The notes beneath the pieces are model-generated. The model was not told the DNA's origin and did not search any database. It worked only from the letters and a program-made list of their open reading frames with translations. 49,125 bases of DNA, from the NCBI GenBank assembly GCA_019057795.1, contig JAHLWS010000041.1, positions 1 through 49,125 on the forward strand, given 5' to 3'. Positions 10,840 to 20,576 of this stretch are shown one piece after another; positions within the stretch are counted from its first letter, which is position 1, and each line of letters starts with the position of its first letter. This DNA is from Promethearchaeota archaeon (GTDB lineage: Archaea > Asgardarchaeota > Lokiarchaeia > Sigyniarchaeales > SOKP01). Position numbers and translations under genes: made by a program.

Positions 10840-12087
10840 ATGAAGTATAGAAAAATGGGTTTTCTGGGTTGGGAAGTGTCTGTTTTAGGTTTTGGGACTA
10901 TGAGGTTGCCAATAATACAGGTAAAGGATGAAAATACTCAGAAAATGAAGTCTATTATAGACGAGAAAGAAGCAATAAAAATGATTCGTTATGCAATTGA
11001 TAACGAAGTAAATTACATTGACACTGCTTATCCCTACCACGATGGTGAAAGCGAAGTGCTTGTAGGAAAAGCGTTAAAAGACGGATATCGCGAAAAAGTT
11101 CACCTCACTACGAAATTACCAATGTGGATGGTTAAAAAAACAGAGGATTTTGACTTATTTCTCAAACAACAGATTGAAAGATTACAAATTAATCCCGATA
11201 TCTACTTATTCCACGGACTAAACAAGCAACGGTTAGAAAAGATTAAAATTCTTAATTTAATCGAAAAAATGGAGCAAGCAAAAGCTAAAGGTTTATTTAA
11301 ATACATAGGATTCTCGTTTCACGATAATATTGAAGTCTTTAAAGAGATAATTGATTTTTATCACTGGGATTGTTGTCAGATACAGTTTAATTATCTTGAT
11401 ATCAATTACCAAGCTGGTACTGAAGGGTTAAAATATGCTGGTAGCAAAAATATCGCAGTAATCATTATGGAGCCAATCCGAGGCGGACAATTAGCTATTC
11501 CCGAGGAAAAATTAGATTCAAAGCCAGAAATTAAGATGGCTCTTGATAATTCAAAAATTAAGAGGACCATGCCAGATTGGGCACTACAGTTTGTATGGAA
11601 CCACCCCGAAGTTTCAGTTGTATTAAGCGGGATGAGTACTATGCAGCACGTTGAGGAGAATCTGGAATCTGCAAACAGTTCAGGTGTCAATACTCTATCT
11701 GAAGACGAGTTGCTGACAATTTCAAAATTGCGCGAAGCATATAGTAAATACATATTGATACCTTGCACGAGCTGTAGATATTGCATGCCATGTCCTAATA
11801 GTGTTTCAATCCCTTTTATCCTTAGAATAATAAATGATCTCGCATATTGGGGGGAAAGTGGTAAACCTAGAATTGACTTTTTTTATAATAGGATGGCAAA
11901 AACACAAGCGGATATTGAAAAAAGAAAATCTGAAGGCGAGGAATTTGACGGAGCTGCTTCTTTATGTATTCAATGCGGGGAATGTCTTGGTAAATGCCCA
12001 CAACAGATAAAGATTCCTGAAATTATGGAAAAAGCCAACGAAATTTTTGAAAAAGGTAAAAAAATCTCAGATGTTTTAAAACTATAG
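10840..12087 (+). CDS. Aldo/keto reductase with C-terminal 4Fe-4S dicluster domain
   Basis: LGFGTMRLP, YIDTAYPYH, IGFSFH, MEPIRGG; CTSCRYCMPCP and CIQCGECLGKCPQ. Confidence 0.93.
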   Translation: MKYRKMGFLGWEVSVLGFGTMRLPIIQVKDENTQKMKSIIDEKEAIKMIRYAIDNEVNYIDTAYPYHDGESEVLVGKALKDGYREKVHLTTKLPMWMVKKTEDFDLFLKQQIERLQINPDIYLFHGLNKQRLEKIKILNLIEKMEQAKAKGLFKYIGFSFHDNIEVFKEIIDFYHWDCCQIQFNYLDINYQAGTEGLKYAGSKNIAVIIMEPIRGGQLAIPEEKLDSKPEIKMALDNSKIKRTMPDWALQFVWNHPEVSVVLSGMSTMQHVEENLESANSSGVNTLSEDELLTISKLREAYSKYILIPCTSCRYCMPCPNSVSIPFILRIINDLAYWGESGKPRIDFFYNRMAKTQADIEKRKSEGEEFDGAASLCIQCGECLGKCPQQIKIPEIMEKANEIFEKGKKISDVLKL

Positions 12088-12207
12088 ATCAATATTTTGA
12101 ACATTAACAAAAAGATATAATAAAATAATGAGTTTTATTTTTAATATAAAATTAGGAATTTAGTTTTAAATAATAAAAAAAAAAAGACATAGGAAGTGAT
12201 CGATAAG

Positions 12208-12366
12208 ATGGATGTTAAATGGAAAGATTTTAAAAAATCTTTTCCAACTATTTGTACCAAGTGTGGTTCGCTATCTAATATGACCAGAGAATATTGTGAA
12301 GTTTGTGGTGCTAAAAATTGCTTCATAGAGACAACAAAAGGAGATTGGGAAAAAAATAAAATGTAA
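12208..12366 (+). CDS. Small Zn-ribbon protein (52 aa), missed by ORF track
   Basis: MDVKWKDFKKSFPTICTKCGSLSNMTREYCEVCGAKNCFIETTKGDWEKNKM*; two CxxCG knuckles; AGGAAGTGA upstream. Confidence 0.75.
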   Translation: MDVKWKDFKKSFPTICTKCGSLSNMTREYCEVCGAKNCFIETTKGDWEKNKM

Positions 12367-12533
12367 GAGTAAGTTGTGGGAAATTAAATTGGTTGAATTA
12401 ACATTTATTTAAATCAATATTAAAAAAAAGCTTAATAATAAAAGTCATAAAATTTCTATTAATTTATTTCAACACTATACCTTAATATTAGCAGCATTAG
12501 TAGCAAATTAAAAGTTTAAAGCTTAAATGCAAT

Positions 12534-13376
12534 TTATTCAAACTTACATGTAATCTCGTTATCAATTTCAGGAACAATAATTTCAATGTTTGGATGGTTT
12601 ATTTCCATATAATTAAAAAATGGACTCAAATCTTCTGTTCGGCTGATTGGAGGGAAAAAATTGTCCCAATGAACTGGGATAACTATTTTAGGTTTAAGTA
12701 TGTTAACCATTTTTCCTCCTTTCTTGGCAATGTTTTTTTTGCTATTCCCTGCGAGAGGGGCGATAAATACATCGCAATTCTCATATTTCTTTAAAATATC
12801 TTCGTATTCATGCCACAAACTTCCAAATGCAACTATACTTCTTCCGTTATAATGAGTACAAAATCCAAATACATTTCCCATGGGGAATCCCTTTCCGTAT
12901 TTAGATATTTTCCCAATTTGTTTCCAGACTTTCCACGAAAATAACCTACTTGCGATAGTATTAAAATCGAATTTAATGTGTTCTGATTTTATCAACTCGA
13001 CCTCAACATTTTCTGAAACTTGGATTTTATCAAAATATTCGCAAGGTTTTATGTTATCCTTACCATTATTTGAAATTGGATAGGATTCGTCTTCAAGTAT
13101 TTTACCTTCAGCCCAATTAATCATATTTTCTTTAGCAACTTCAGAACAATAAACAGGAATATTTAGATTTTCTGCAAACCATCCTGCGTCAGTTACATGA
13201 TCAAAATGCCCATGTGAGATAAATATAGCCTCAATATTTGATAAATGTTCTTTTTTAGTCTTTAACTTTGGTGTTGCTTGGGAGTTACGATAAAAAAAAG
13301 GATCAAATAATAATCTTGTTCCATCTAAATCTAAAATATAGCTTGCAGTTCCAAACCAAGTAAATTTTATTGTCAT
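12534..13376 (-). CDS. MBL-fold metallo-hydrolase (UlaG-like)
   Basis: FTWFGTAS..LLFDPF, HGHFDH metal-binding motif, PVHWD. Confidence 0.9.
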   Translation of the reverse strand: MTIKFTWFGTASYILDLDGTRLLFDPFFYRNSQATPKLKTKKEHLSNIEAIFISHGHFDHVTDAGWFAENLNIPVYCSEVAKENMINWAEGKILEDESYPISNNGKDNIKPCEYFDKIQVSENVEVELIKSEHIKFDFNTIASRLFSWKVWKQIGKISKYGKGFPMGNVFGFCTHYNGRSIVAFGSLWHEYEDILKKYENCDVFIAPLAGNSKKNIAKKGGKMVNILKPKIVIPVHWDNFFPPISRTEDLSPFFNYMEINHPNIEIIVPEIDNEITCKFE

Positions 13377-13425
13377 TTTTTAAAACTTTTATAATGAATT
13401 TTGTTAATTCTTAATAAGATTAAAT

Positions 13426-13623
13426 TTACACATTCTTTAAACTATCTTTTATCTTTTTATAAATCTCTTTTAGCCCTGTATCTTCTATAAATTGCTTCAA
13501 CTTAGTTTTTGTTGGTGATACTTTTGGTGTTATTTCTTCAGTTCTACTTAATTCCGTTCCACAATACTCACAGATCTGCTGATTAGGATCAGAATATTCT
13601 TTATTACAATCTGGACATATCAT
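13426..13623 (-). CDS. Small Zn-ribbon protein
   Basis: MICPDC...ICEYCG; 65 aa. Confidence 0.75.
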   Translation of the reverse strand: MICPDCNKEYSDPNQQICEYCGTELSRTEEITPKVSPTKTKLKQFIEDTGLKEIYKKIKDSLKNV

Positions 13624-13851
13624 TTTAAAACTATCTCGAAATCTAGTATGTGTTTAGTTCTTATTATAGAACTATCTTAATAAAATAAAAATAATATTGT
13701 TTATAAAATCTATAATTTACTCTATTGTGCTTTAAAATTAGCAACCTTTTTAGTATAAATTTAATAATTGAAAATTCTCTTGGTTGTATTGAAACCAAAA
13801 ATCTTTATTAAGTAAATTATTGTATTGAGTAATTGTTTAATGAGGAATTAA

Positions 13852-15345
13852 ATGGGTATGACTAAAGATATATTGTATAATAAGCTAGCAAAAATTTGCG
13901 GTTCTAAAAATGTTTCTAATGATACGAAAGAATTAGAAAAATACTCTGAGGATATGAGTTTTGTTAGTGGCAAACGCCCCAATCTTATAGTTTGGCCTTC
14001 AAAAGCTCATCATGTAGAAGCGATTTTGAAATTAGCGAATAGTTTTAACTTTTCAGTTATTCCTGTAAGTTCTAGTTCTATATACAGACATCATGGAGAT
14101 ACTATCCCTAAAAAAAATAACAGCATAATACTAAACCTCTCTAAAATGAGTAGAATCCTTTCTATAAGTAGAAAAAATCGCGTAGTAATGGTTGAACCCG
14201 GAGTTACTTTCGAGGTCCTAATACCAAAACTTAAAAAAAAAGGCGTTAGGTTGCTTATCCCTTTACATCCCACATCTAATAAATCAGTGCTATCATCAGC
14301 GCTCGAAAGAGAACCAATAACAATACCACGATATCATTGGGACAGTTCTGATCCTCTGTTATGTACAGAAGTGATTTTCGGAACTGGAGATTTGTTTCGA
14401 ACTGGCACAGCTGCGGGGCCTGGAACGTTAAAGCAACAGAAAAGGTCAGGACAAAACCAAATTAACCCCATGGGACCAACCCAATTTAGTCCATTTAGAG
14501 TAATTCAAGGAGCCCAAGGGAGTATAGGTGTTGTAACTTGGGCTACAGTAAAACTCGAATTACTACCTTCTATTCAAAAGGTTTTCCATCTTCAATCTCA
14601 GAACCTTCAAGAGCTATTAGATTTTCAATTCGAATTGTTAAAAAATCGATTGTGTGACGAGTTGTTAATTTTAAATAACCTTAATTTAGCCTGTCTAATT
14701 AAAAGCACTGAACAAGACATATATGAACTCTCAAACTCGTTAAAGAAATGGAATTTAATATTTATAATAACTGGAAGAGGTATGCTAGCGAATGAAAAAA
14801 TCTCTTACCTTGAAGGAGATATTAACGAGATAAAAAATAAACTAGATCTTAGTAATTTAACGAGTGAAAATAATGTTGAAGATCAGGAAATTATTAGAGT
14901 CTTAAGTGAACCCGCTTTAAAGCCTTGGAAAATGAAGTTAAAAGGTAGTTATCAAGAAATTTTCTTTTTAACTAGTTTTGAGAGAATTTCAGAGTTTATT
15001 TCTTTAGTTGAAACTAAGATTTCTAAAAATTTAGGAATTTATATTCAACCTATAAATCAAGGTACTTCTTATCACTGTGAGTTTGATCTTTTTTATGACC
15101 CTCAAGATGGTATGGGAGTAAAACGTCTTAAAGAATTATTTATAGATACCAGTAAAGATTTAATAAGCTTAGGTGCTTTTTTCAATCGGCCATATGGTGA
15201 TTGGGCTGAAGATGTGTATAAAAGTCTCGACGACTCAATTATAATGGCTCTAAAAAAAGTAAAAAAGATTTTTGACCCAAATAATGTTCTAAATCCAGGA
15301 GTATTATGTTTTGATGATGATGAAAAAAACAATAGGAGTATATAA
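13852..15345 (+). CDS. FAD-binding oxidoreductase (VAO/PCMH - GlcD superfamily)
   Basis: FAD_binding_4-type N-terminus (LNLSKMSRIL..VEPGVT), GAQGSIGVVT, C-terminal KKIFDPNNVLNPG. Confidence 0.9.
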   Translation: MGMTKDILYNKLAKICGSKNVSNDTKELEKYSEDMSFVSGKRPNLIVWPSKAHHVEAILKLANSFNFSVIPVSSSSIYRHHGDTIPKKNNSIILNLSKMSRILSISRKNRVVMVEPGVTFEVLIPKLKKKGVRLLIPLHPTSNKSVLSSALEREPITIPRYHWDSSDPLLCTEVIFGTGDLFRTGTAAGPGTLKQQKRSGQNQINPMGPTQFSPFRVIQGAQGSIGVVTWATVKLELLPSIQKVFHLQSQNLQELLDFQFELLKNRLCDELLILNNLNLACLIKSTEQDIYELSNSLKKWNLIFIITGRGMLANEKISYLEGDINEIKNKLDLSNLTSENNVEDQEIIRVLSEPALKPWKMKLKGSYQEIFFLTSFERISEFISLVETKISKNLGIYIQPINQGTSYHCEFDLFYDPQDGMGVKRLKELFIDTSKDLISLGAFFNRPYGDWAEDVYKSLDDSIIMALKKVKKIFDPNNVLNPGVLCFDDDEKNNRSI

Positions 15346-15370
15346 ATAAAATCTTAATATATTTCTAATC

Positions 15371-18325
15371 TTATTTCAATTTTTCTTTTAGATGCCTATA
15401 CACTTTCTTTAAAGAGCCTAATTTTTTTAATTCATCTGCCCAGATTACTCTAAACCTATGTCTAAGCGTAGAGAGGTTGTAATCCTCATTATGTGCAATA
15501 TCTGAAATAGAATCATATTTTTTCATATAAGAAAATAATTTGGGTTTCCAAACATATTCCCTCACCGCTTCTGTATAATCAATTCCTAAAATATTTCTTA
15601 AGAATTGCCTTGCTTGAACTATTCCCATTTGTAATTTTTCGGCAATTTCTTGCATAGTGGATGTATTTCTAAGGAGAGTTTTTAAAAACGCATTGTCGAT
15701 ATCTCTTGCTGATGTAGATTTGATTAATAATTGATTAAGATAGTCATTATCTATTTTGTTATAACCAAATATACATCTTCTTAGAAATTTATGATATTCT
15801 GAATCTGTATAACCATATGCTCCCAATTTTCTTTTATATTCCTCATCCATTTCAGTGGAACTTTTGTTTTGAGTTATTAAGTTAATTAATAATTCATTGT
15901 CTATAAATGGATAAAAGAGATAAAACCTCTTCAGAAATTTATATAACTTCTCATTATTATGATTAAATTCATCATACTCTTTTCTCCAAATTCGACCTAA
16001 TTCCCGAAAATATGTAGTGACATGCATGTCCCTCAAAATATCAGATATTTTATAATCAGCCATAATAGCATTGATTATATGCGGTTTCCAATAAAATAAA
16101 TCTTTCGCAGACTGAAAATACATATGGGGTGTAAAATTAATATTCAGAATTTCTGTCATAAATTCACGCATCCATTTTACGCCTCTCTCATAAATTAAGG
16201 CAAGTTGTGCCATATTAAACCCTGCATAAATTAATGATTGTAAATGCAATATATCAATGTCAATCATAGCACATTCATTAATGTTCGATATTGTATTTTC
16301 TTCAAGTATTTTATTTATTTTCGGGTAGATTTTAAAAAGTCGTTGAGCTTCATAGAAATTTACTCCCCAATATTCATTTAAACGAGATAGTATTGTAGGT
16401 CTTGTCACGCCAAAATAACCTGCTATTTCTTCAATTGACCTACCCAATTTTATGAGTTTTATGATTTCCCCTTTATCAATTTGAATATAATCTTGATGAT
16501 CGCTCCCCCGTAATGTAGCAGATGCTTTTTTTCGAATCCATTTTTTTCTAAAGGTTTCCATTGCGCCTAATCTTATCCTCGCATCTGTAAGATTATTAAA
16601 ACCTATTTTTTGTAAATGTTTTGTAATTGTTGAAAATGAAGTCTCTAACTCTTCTTCTAGCTCACTTAAAAATAATCCATGTTCAATAAGATCTATGAGT
16701 TTGGGGATATCTAACTCAACACCTACAACTGACTTAGCGGCAGTTCCGAACCTATCGAGAAAAGCTTGGTTTCCTCCAAAATTTGCCCTTGCTTCTCGTA
16801 GGTTTTCTAATCCCAAGTGTTTCCAATAATATTCTACTTTACTAATCAATGTTGGGATTGAAATTTCAAATTCTCTAGCAATTTCCTCAGCAGAAAAACC
16901 TCTCTTTAATAAATTTTTAAGAGAATCTTGGTCTACATGAATGAAACTACCATGTTCCTCTCCAGTTATTGTAGGATAGCCGCCACCACCTCTAGAGATG
17001 TTATACCCATACAACGGTCTTCTTTTACCATCTTTTCCAATAAAATAATGGTCCAAAACACATGTTCTATACTTTTTAATGAAAGATATTTCAGACTTGT
17101 TCAAATCATCTAGGTCTTTACACTTCTTAATAACTTTTATAGTAAATTCCCCGCCTGTAGTCTGGAGAGTTGCATTGCCAATTTTGATAAAGGAAAGTTT
17201 TTTACCATACCTTCCGAAATTTTCTCTGAGATATTTATTGCCTGAGTAATTTATATGACTGTAGAACCTTTTCTTTAATTTTTGAATAGTTTGCCCGATG
17301 TAGAGCATTTTATATTTTAAAAAATTATCTTTATTATTATCTATCAAAATATAAATCACGCCATAATAAGCTCTCCAATTTTGTAATATAACTGATGTAT
17401 TTCTATTAGTCTCTTTGATAAATTTAACTTTTGAGCTACTATGGTTTATATCCTGTAAGAATTCCTCTTTTCTACTTCTTATTTTTAAATCATTGTCTTC
17501 TGGAACAAATTCATGGCATAAACCATTTTCTAAAAATATACGATAAGCTGCGAAAAGCTCATACGCAGAAATCTTTATTGGAACTTCTGAGGGAGATCTT
17601 CCCATTATTATCATATAAGTTCTTGCTTGTAGGATTTTATCGTATTCCGCTTTTTTCAGACTAATTGAATCTGAGTCAATAATTTGTTGGTTTTTTAAAT
17701 ACTTTTTATTTATAATTTTTAAGCACTCGTTTAACCGATCTTGAATTAACTTTTTAACTAATCGGGGAAAAGGTTTTATTTCTTCTTTATTACAAAGTCT
17801 TTCATTCATATCATATAGCTTCTTTAAGAATTCAATATACTCCATTTCAATTTTCTTAAATCCTAGTGTGATAAGTTTATCCCTCTTTTTTAAGAAGGAA
17901 TTGTCATCAATAGATTTTTTCTGTTTTTTATTTAATGAATTCTTATAGGCTTTTGATAAGGAATCCAAATAACCCGGCACTATCTTAGCCCCCCTCCCTA
18001 GGGAAGAACAATACATCCATTTATGAAAAACAGATAAAACATTCTTAGGGCTCTCTTCTTTAACCAATTCCATTAATTCTTTAGGAGGTGCTATTGAATT
18101 ATCAAACAAGCATGCGTTTACTGATTGAAGGAAATCTCCGATAAATTCATCTACAAAAACCAATGGAATTTTGTGTTCTCTGCATTTGGGATATTTGGAC
18201 ATTCCAAAAATTCCAAGTTTCAATGGTTTTAACCTTTCAAGCGTATTGCATCCAAATTTAGGACATACCGCAACTCGATCTCCTTTTAATCTTTTCCGAG
18301 TAGCTTGATTCTTCGTATCGATCAT
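15371..18325 (-). CDS. Large GIY-YIG endonuclease with Cys/His N-terminal domain and tandem HTH repeats
   Basis: GVIY..YIGQT..KRFYSH..SEISFI..GYN (about 16980-17370), followed by several HTH-like units (e.g. GFSAEEIAREFEISIPTL, GRSIEEIAGYFGVTRPTI); N-terminal CPKFGC..CREH. Confidence 0.8.
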   Translation of the reverse strand: MIDTKNQATRKRLKGDRVAVCPKFGCNTLERLKPLKLGIFGMSKYPKCREHKIPLVFVDEFIGDFLQSVNACLFDNSIAPPKELMELVKEESPKNVLSVFHKWMYCSSLGRGAKIVPGYLDSLSKAYKNSLNKKQKKSIDDNSFLKKRDKLITLGFKKIEMEYIEFLKKLYDMNERLCNKEEIKPFPRLVKKLIQDRLNECLKIINKKYLKNQQIIDSDSISLKKAEYDKILQARTYMIIMGRSPSEVPIKISAYELFAAYRIFLENGLCHEFVPEDNDLKIRSRKEEFLQDINHSSSKVKFIKETNRNTSVILQNWRAYYGVIYILIDNNKDNFLKYKMLYIGQTIQKLKKRFYSHINYSGNKYLRENFGRYGKKLSFIKIGNATLQTTGGEFTIKVIKKCKDLDDLNKSEISFIKKYRTCVLDHYFIGKDGKRRPLYGYNISRGGGGYPTITGEEHGSFIHVDQDSLKNLLKRGFSAEEIAREFEISIPTLISKVEYYWKHLGLENLREARANFGGNQAFLDRFGTAAKSVVGVELDIPKLIDLIEHGLFLSELEEELETSFSTITKHLQKIGFNNLTDARIRLGAMETFRKKWIRKKASATLRGSDHQDYIQIDKGEIIKLIKLGRSIEEIAGYFGVTRPTILSRLNEYWGVNFYEAQRLFKIYPKINKILEENTISNINECAMIDIDILHLQSLIYAGFNMAQLALIYERGVKWMREFMTEILNINFTPHMYFQSAKDLFYWKPHIINAIMADYKISDILRDMHVTTYFRELGRIWRKEYDEFNHNNEKLYKFLKRFYLFYPFIDNELLINLITQNKSSTEMDEEYKRKLGAYGYTDSEYHKFLRRCIFGYNKIDNDYLNQLLIKSTSARDIDNAFLKTLLRNTSTMQEIAEKLQMGIVQARQFLRNILGIDYTEAVREYVWKPKLFSYMKKYDSISDIAHNEDYNLSTLRHRFRVIWADELKKLGSLKKVYRHLKEKLK

Positions 18326-18948
18326 TCTCGAATCATCACTTTCTTTTTTTTATTTTTACTTTTATTCTGCTCATTTTTTTTTGTTAAAAGTAATTGGTCA
18401 TACTCCCGCTCCAGTTGTTGATAATTGAACTTAAGTTGCTGAAAAAAATCTGGTATAATTACATTTATCTTGTTTTCAACAATACAAAATTTTGTTAGCA
18501 TTTGTATTACCTGCTTTAATAATTGAGGTCTCATGTGAATTTCTAATCCTGAGAGAATATGAAATAATTCCCATAATCTTATTTTACTTTTTAAAAATCT
18601 ATTAAAGGCTCTTGCTTCTGGACTATTTGGAAAAGAAAGTGTTTTTTTTGCTAAAATTAAGACTTTCATCTTAATATTTTCCTTCGGTCCAATATATTTT
18701 TCCAAAAAACCAGTATATTCCAAGTAAAGCATGATTAGTTCTTTTTCCAATTTTTGAACTATGTGACTCTTTGAGATAACAGGATGATTCTCAAAATCCC
18801 TACATATTGCAAGTATAGTTGATTCCCTGTAATTTAGATAAGTTTTCAACTGACGAGAAAGTAAAGTTATTTTATTCTCAGTTTGATCAAGATTCTCATC
18901 ATAATAATTAAGATCATCATCATCATCATTATATATTAGCGAATTCAT
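18322..18948 (-). CDS. Hypothetical helical protein, translationally coupled to the GIY-YIG gene
   Basis: 208 aa; ATGA start/stop overlap at 18322-18325; acidic N-terminus and basic C-terminus. Confidence 0.75.
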   Translation of the reverse strand: MNSLIYNDDDDDLNYYDENLDQTENKITLLSRQLKTYLNYRESTILAICRDFENHPVISKSHIVQKLEKELIMLYLEYTGFLEKYIGPKENIKMKVLILAKKTLSFPNSPEARAFNRFLKSKIRLWELFHILSGLEIHMRPQLLKQVIQMLTKFCIVENKINVIIPDFFQQLKFNYQQLEREYDQLLLTKKNEQNKSKNKKKKVMIRE

Positions 18949-19264
18949 TTTATTGTCAATATTTTTTATTTTTATTTTTAGATTACAACTGCTAATCTAT
19001 TAAAATAGACATTTATATTTAAACAAAAAATGATTTGAAATTTGATGATTTATTATTATTGATCGTTAATGTTCAGTCTCTTTTCATTTAGGCGGATGTT
19101 TTAAGTTATTTTTTAACCAAATTAAATCAAAATCTGATTTTTACAAAAAAAATTGAAGTTGTATAATAAAAATGTTTTTGAAGTATGGTATGAAGATTTA
19201 GTATAGAAATTAAGAATAAATTAAGGTGATTTAAATCCCACTTAGTGAAGATGAGTATAATAAC

Positions 19265-20576
19265 ATGATTAAGCGGTGTCTACGGTGCTCGATAGATAAA
19301 AAGAATGTCTCTCTTATCCGTGAAATGCAAATGGATACCGCAACTCCAAATTAAAAGTCAGAAATACGCAACAGCCTGTCCTGCAATAGATATGTATAAT
19401 TTTCATCCTTATAGTGGAGGAGGCAAGATCATTTTGGCGCTAGCTTTAGAAACAGGCAGAATTAAATTCTCAGAAGAACTTCGAGATATAGTTTATAAAT
19501 GTACTGCATGCGGTTCTTGTGATGTATCATGTAAATTTTTAAACACTCTGGAACCGCTAGAAATAATAATGAAGCTTAGAGAGAAATTGGTGGATGCCGG
19601 ATATGGACCTATGCCAGAACAACAACAATATATTAAATCTGTTAAAATTAATAATAATCCATACAATGAATCTCATAGAAATAGATTAGATTGGTTGCCT
19701 AATGACCTTAAAATTGATTCGGAAGCAAAAATTTTGTATTATGTTGGATGTACTTCCTCTTATCGAAGAAGAGAAATGGCAGTTGCCGCCGCGCGCATAT
19801 TGAATGCTGCTAGCGTTCCATTTAACATACTAATTGATAAAGAGTTCTGTTGCGGGAGCCCAGTATTAAGGACTGGCGATACTAAAACATTCGAGGAATT
19901 ACTCAATAAAAACATCGATGTTATAGAATCTAAAGGAATTGAAACCGTTGTTTTTTCCTGTGCGGGATGTTATGACACATTCAAAGTAGATTATCCATTA
20001 TATAAGGCGTATAAATTTCGAGTGCTTCATACCGTAGAATTTTTTAATGAATTAATTGATAATGGTCAAATAAAATTAACACATGAAGTGCCATTAACCG
20101 TCACCTATCACGATCCTTGCCATTTAGGAAGAAATGCAGAACGATATGAAGAATGGGGGGGTGATGTTGTCGATTTAATGCCTTTAGTATCTATTAATGT
20201 CCCCCCTAAACCAAAAAGAACTGGATCAAAAGGGGTTTATGAACCACCTAGAAATATTTTAAAGAAAATCCCAGGATTAAAATTTGTTGAAATGGAAAGA
20301 ATACGAGAATATTCTTATTGCTGTGGAGCTGGGGCAGGAGTAAAATCAGCGTTTCCAGAATTTGCTCTTAAAACGGCAAGAACAAGAATTATAGAAGCTG
20401 AAGATTCTGGAGCAGACACTTTAACTTCTGCTTGTCCATTTTGTTCTACTAATTTGCAAGATGGAATTGAAGAATCTGGTTCAAGTTTAAAATTTTATGA
20501 TATTAATGAATTATTAATAATGGCTTTAGGATTAAAACCGAATGGATTAAAAGATAGAAAACTGGAGGTTGCTTAA
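19265..20576 (+). CDS. (Fe-S)-binding CCG-domain oxidoreductase (GlcF/HdrD-like), interrupted by a 31-nt insert
   Basis: Exon 1 MIKRCLRCS(I) plus exon 2 CKWIP..ACP gives CxxCxxC-x16-CP; second motif CTACGSCDVSC; CCG domains (YYVGC, EFCCG, YHDPCHLGR, CCGAGAG, ACPFC). Joined length 426 aa from ATG 19265; possible ATC start at 19235. Confidence 0.88.
19294..19324 (+). other. Candidate bulge-helix-bulge (BHB) intron in a protein-coding gene
   Basis: Bulges AUA (19292-94) and AAA (19323-25); central helix CUCG/CGUG (3 of 4 paired); inner stem GAUAA/UUAUC. Cutting after the 2nd nt of each bulge removes exactly 31 nt and restores the frame (TCG ATA TGC). Confidence 0.65.

Noticed and set aside
12141-12326. 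61-aa minus-strand ORF
   Set aside because: Antisense shadow of the plus-strand Zn-ribbon gene at 12208-12366.
15346-19230. Terminal inverted repeats or target-site duplication around the GIY-YIG module
   Set aside because: None could be identified by eye in the AT-rich flanks, so the module is not called as a defined transposon.
19305-19325. ORF-track start MSLLSVK for the Fe-S protein
   Set aside because: The ATG lies within the 31-nt insert and omits two Cys ligands and the upstream SD; the upstream exon explains the motif better.
19281-19325. Alternative BHB register using UACG (19281-84)/CGUG
   Set aside because: It would excise 38 nt, which does not restore the reading frame, and it has no adjacent inner stem.
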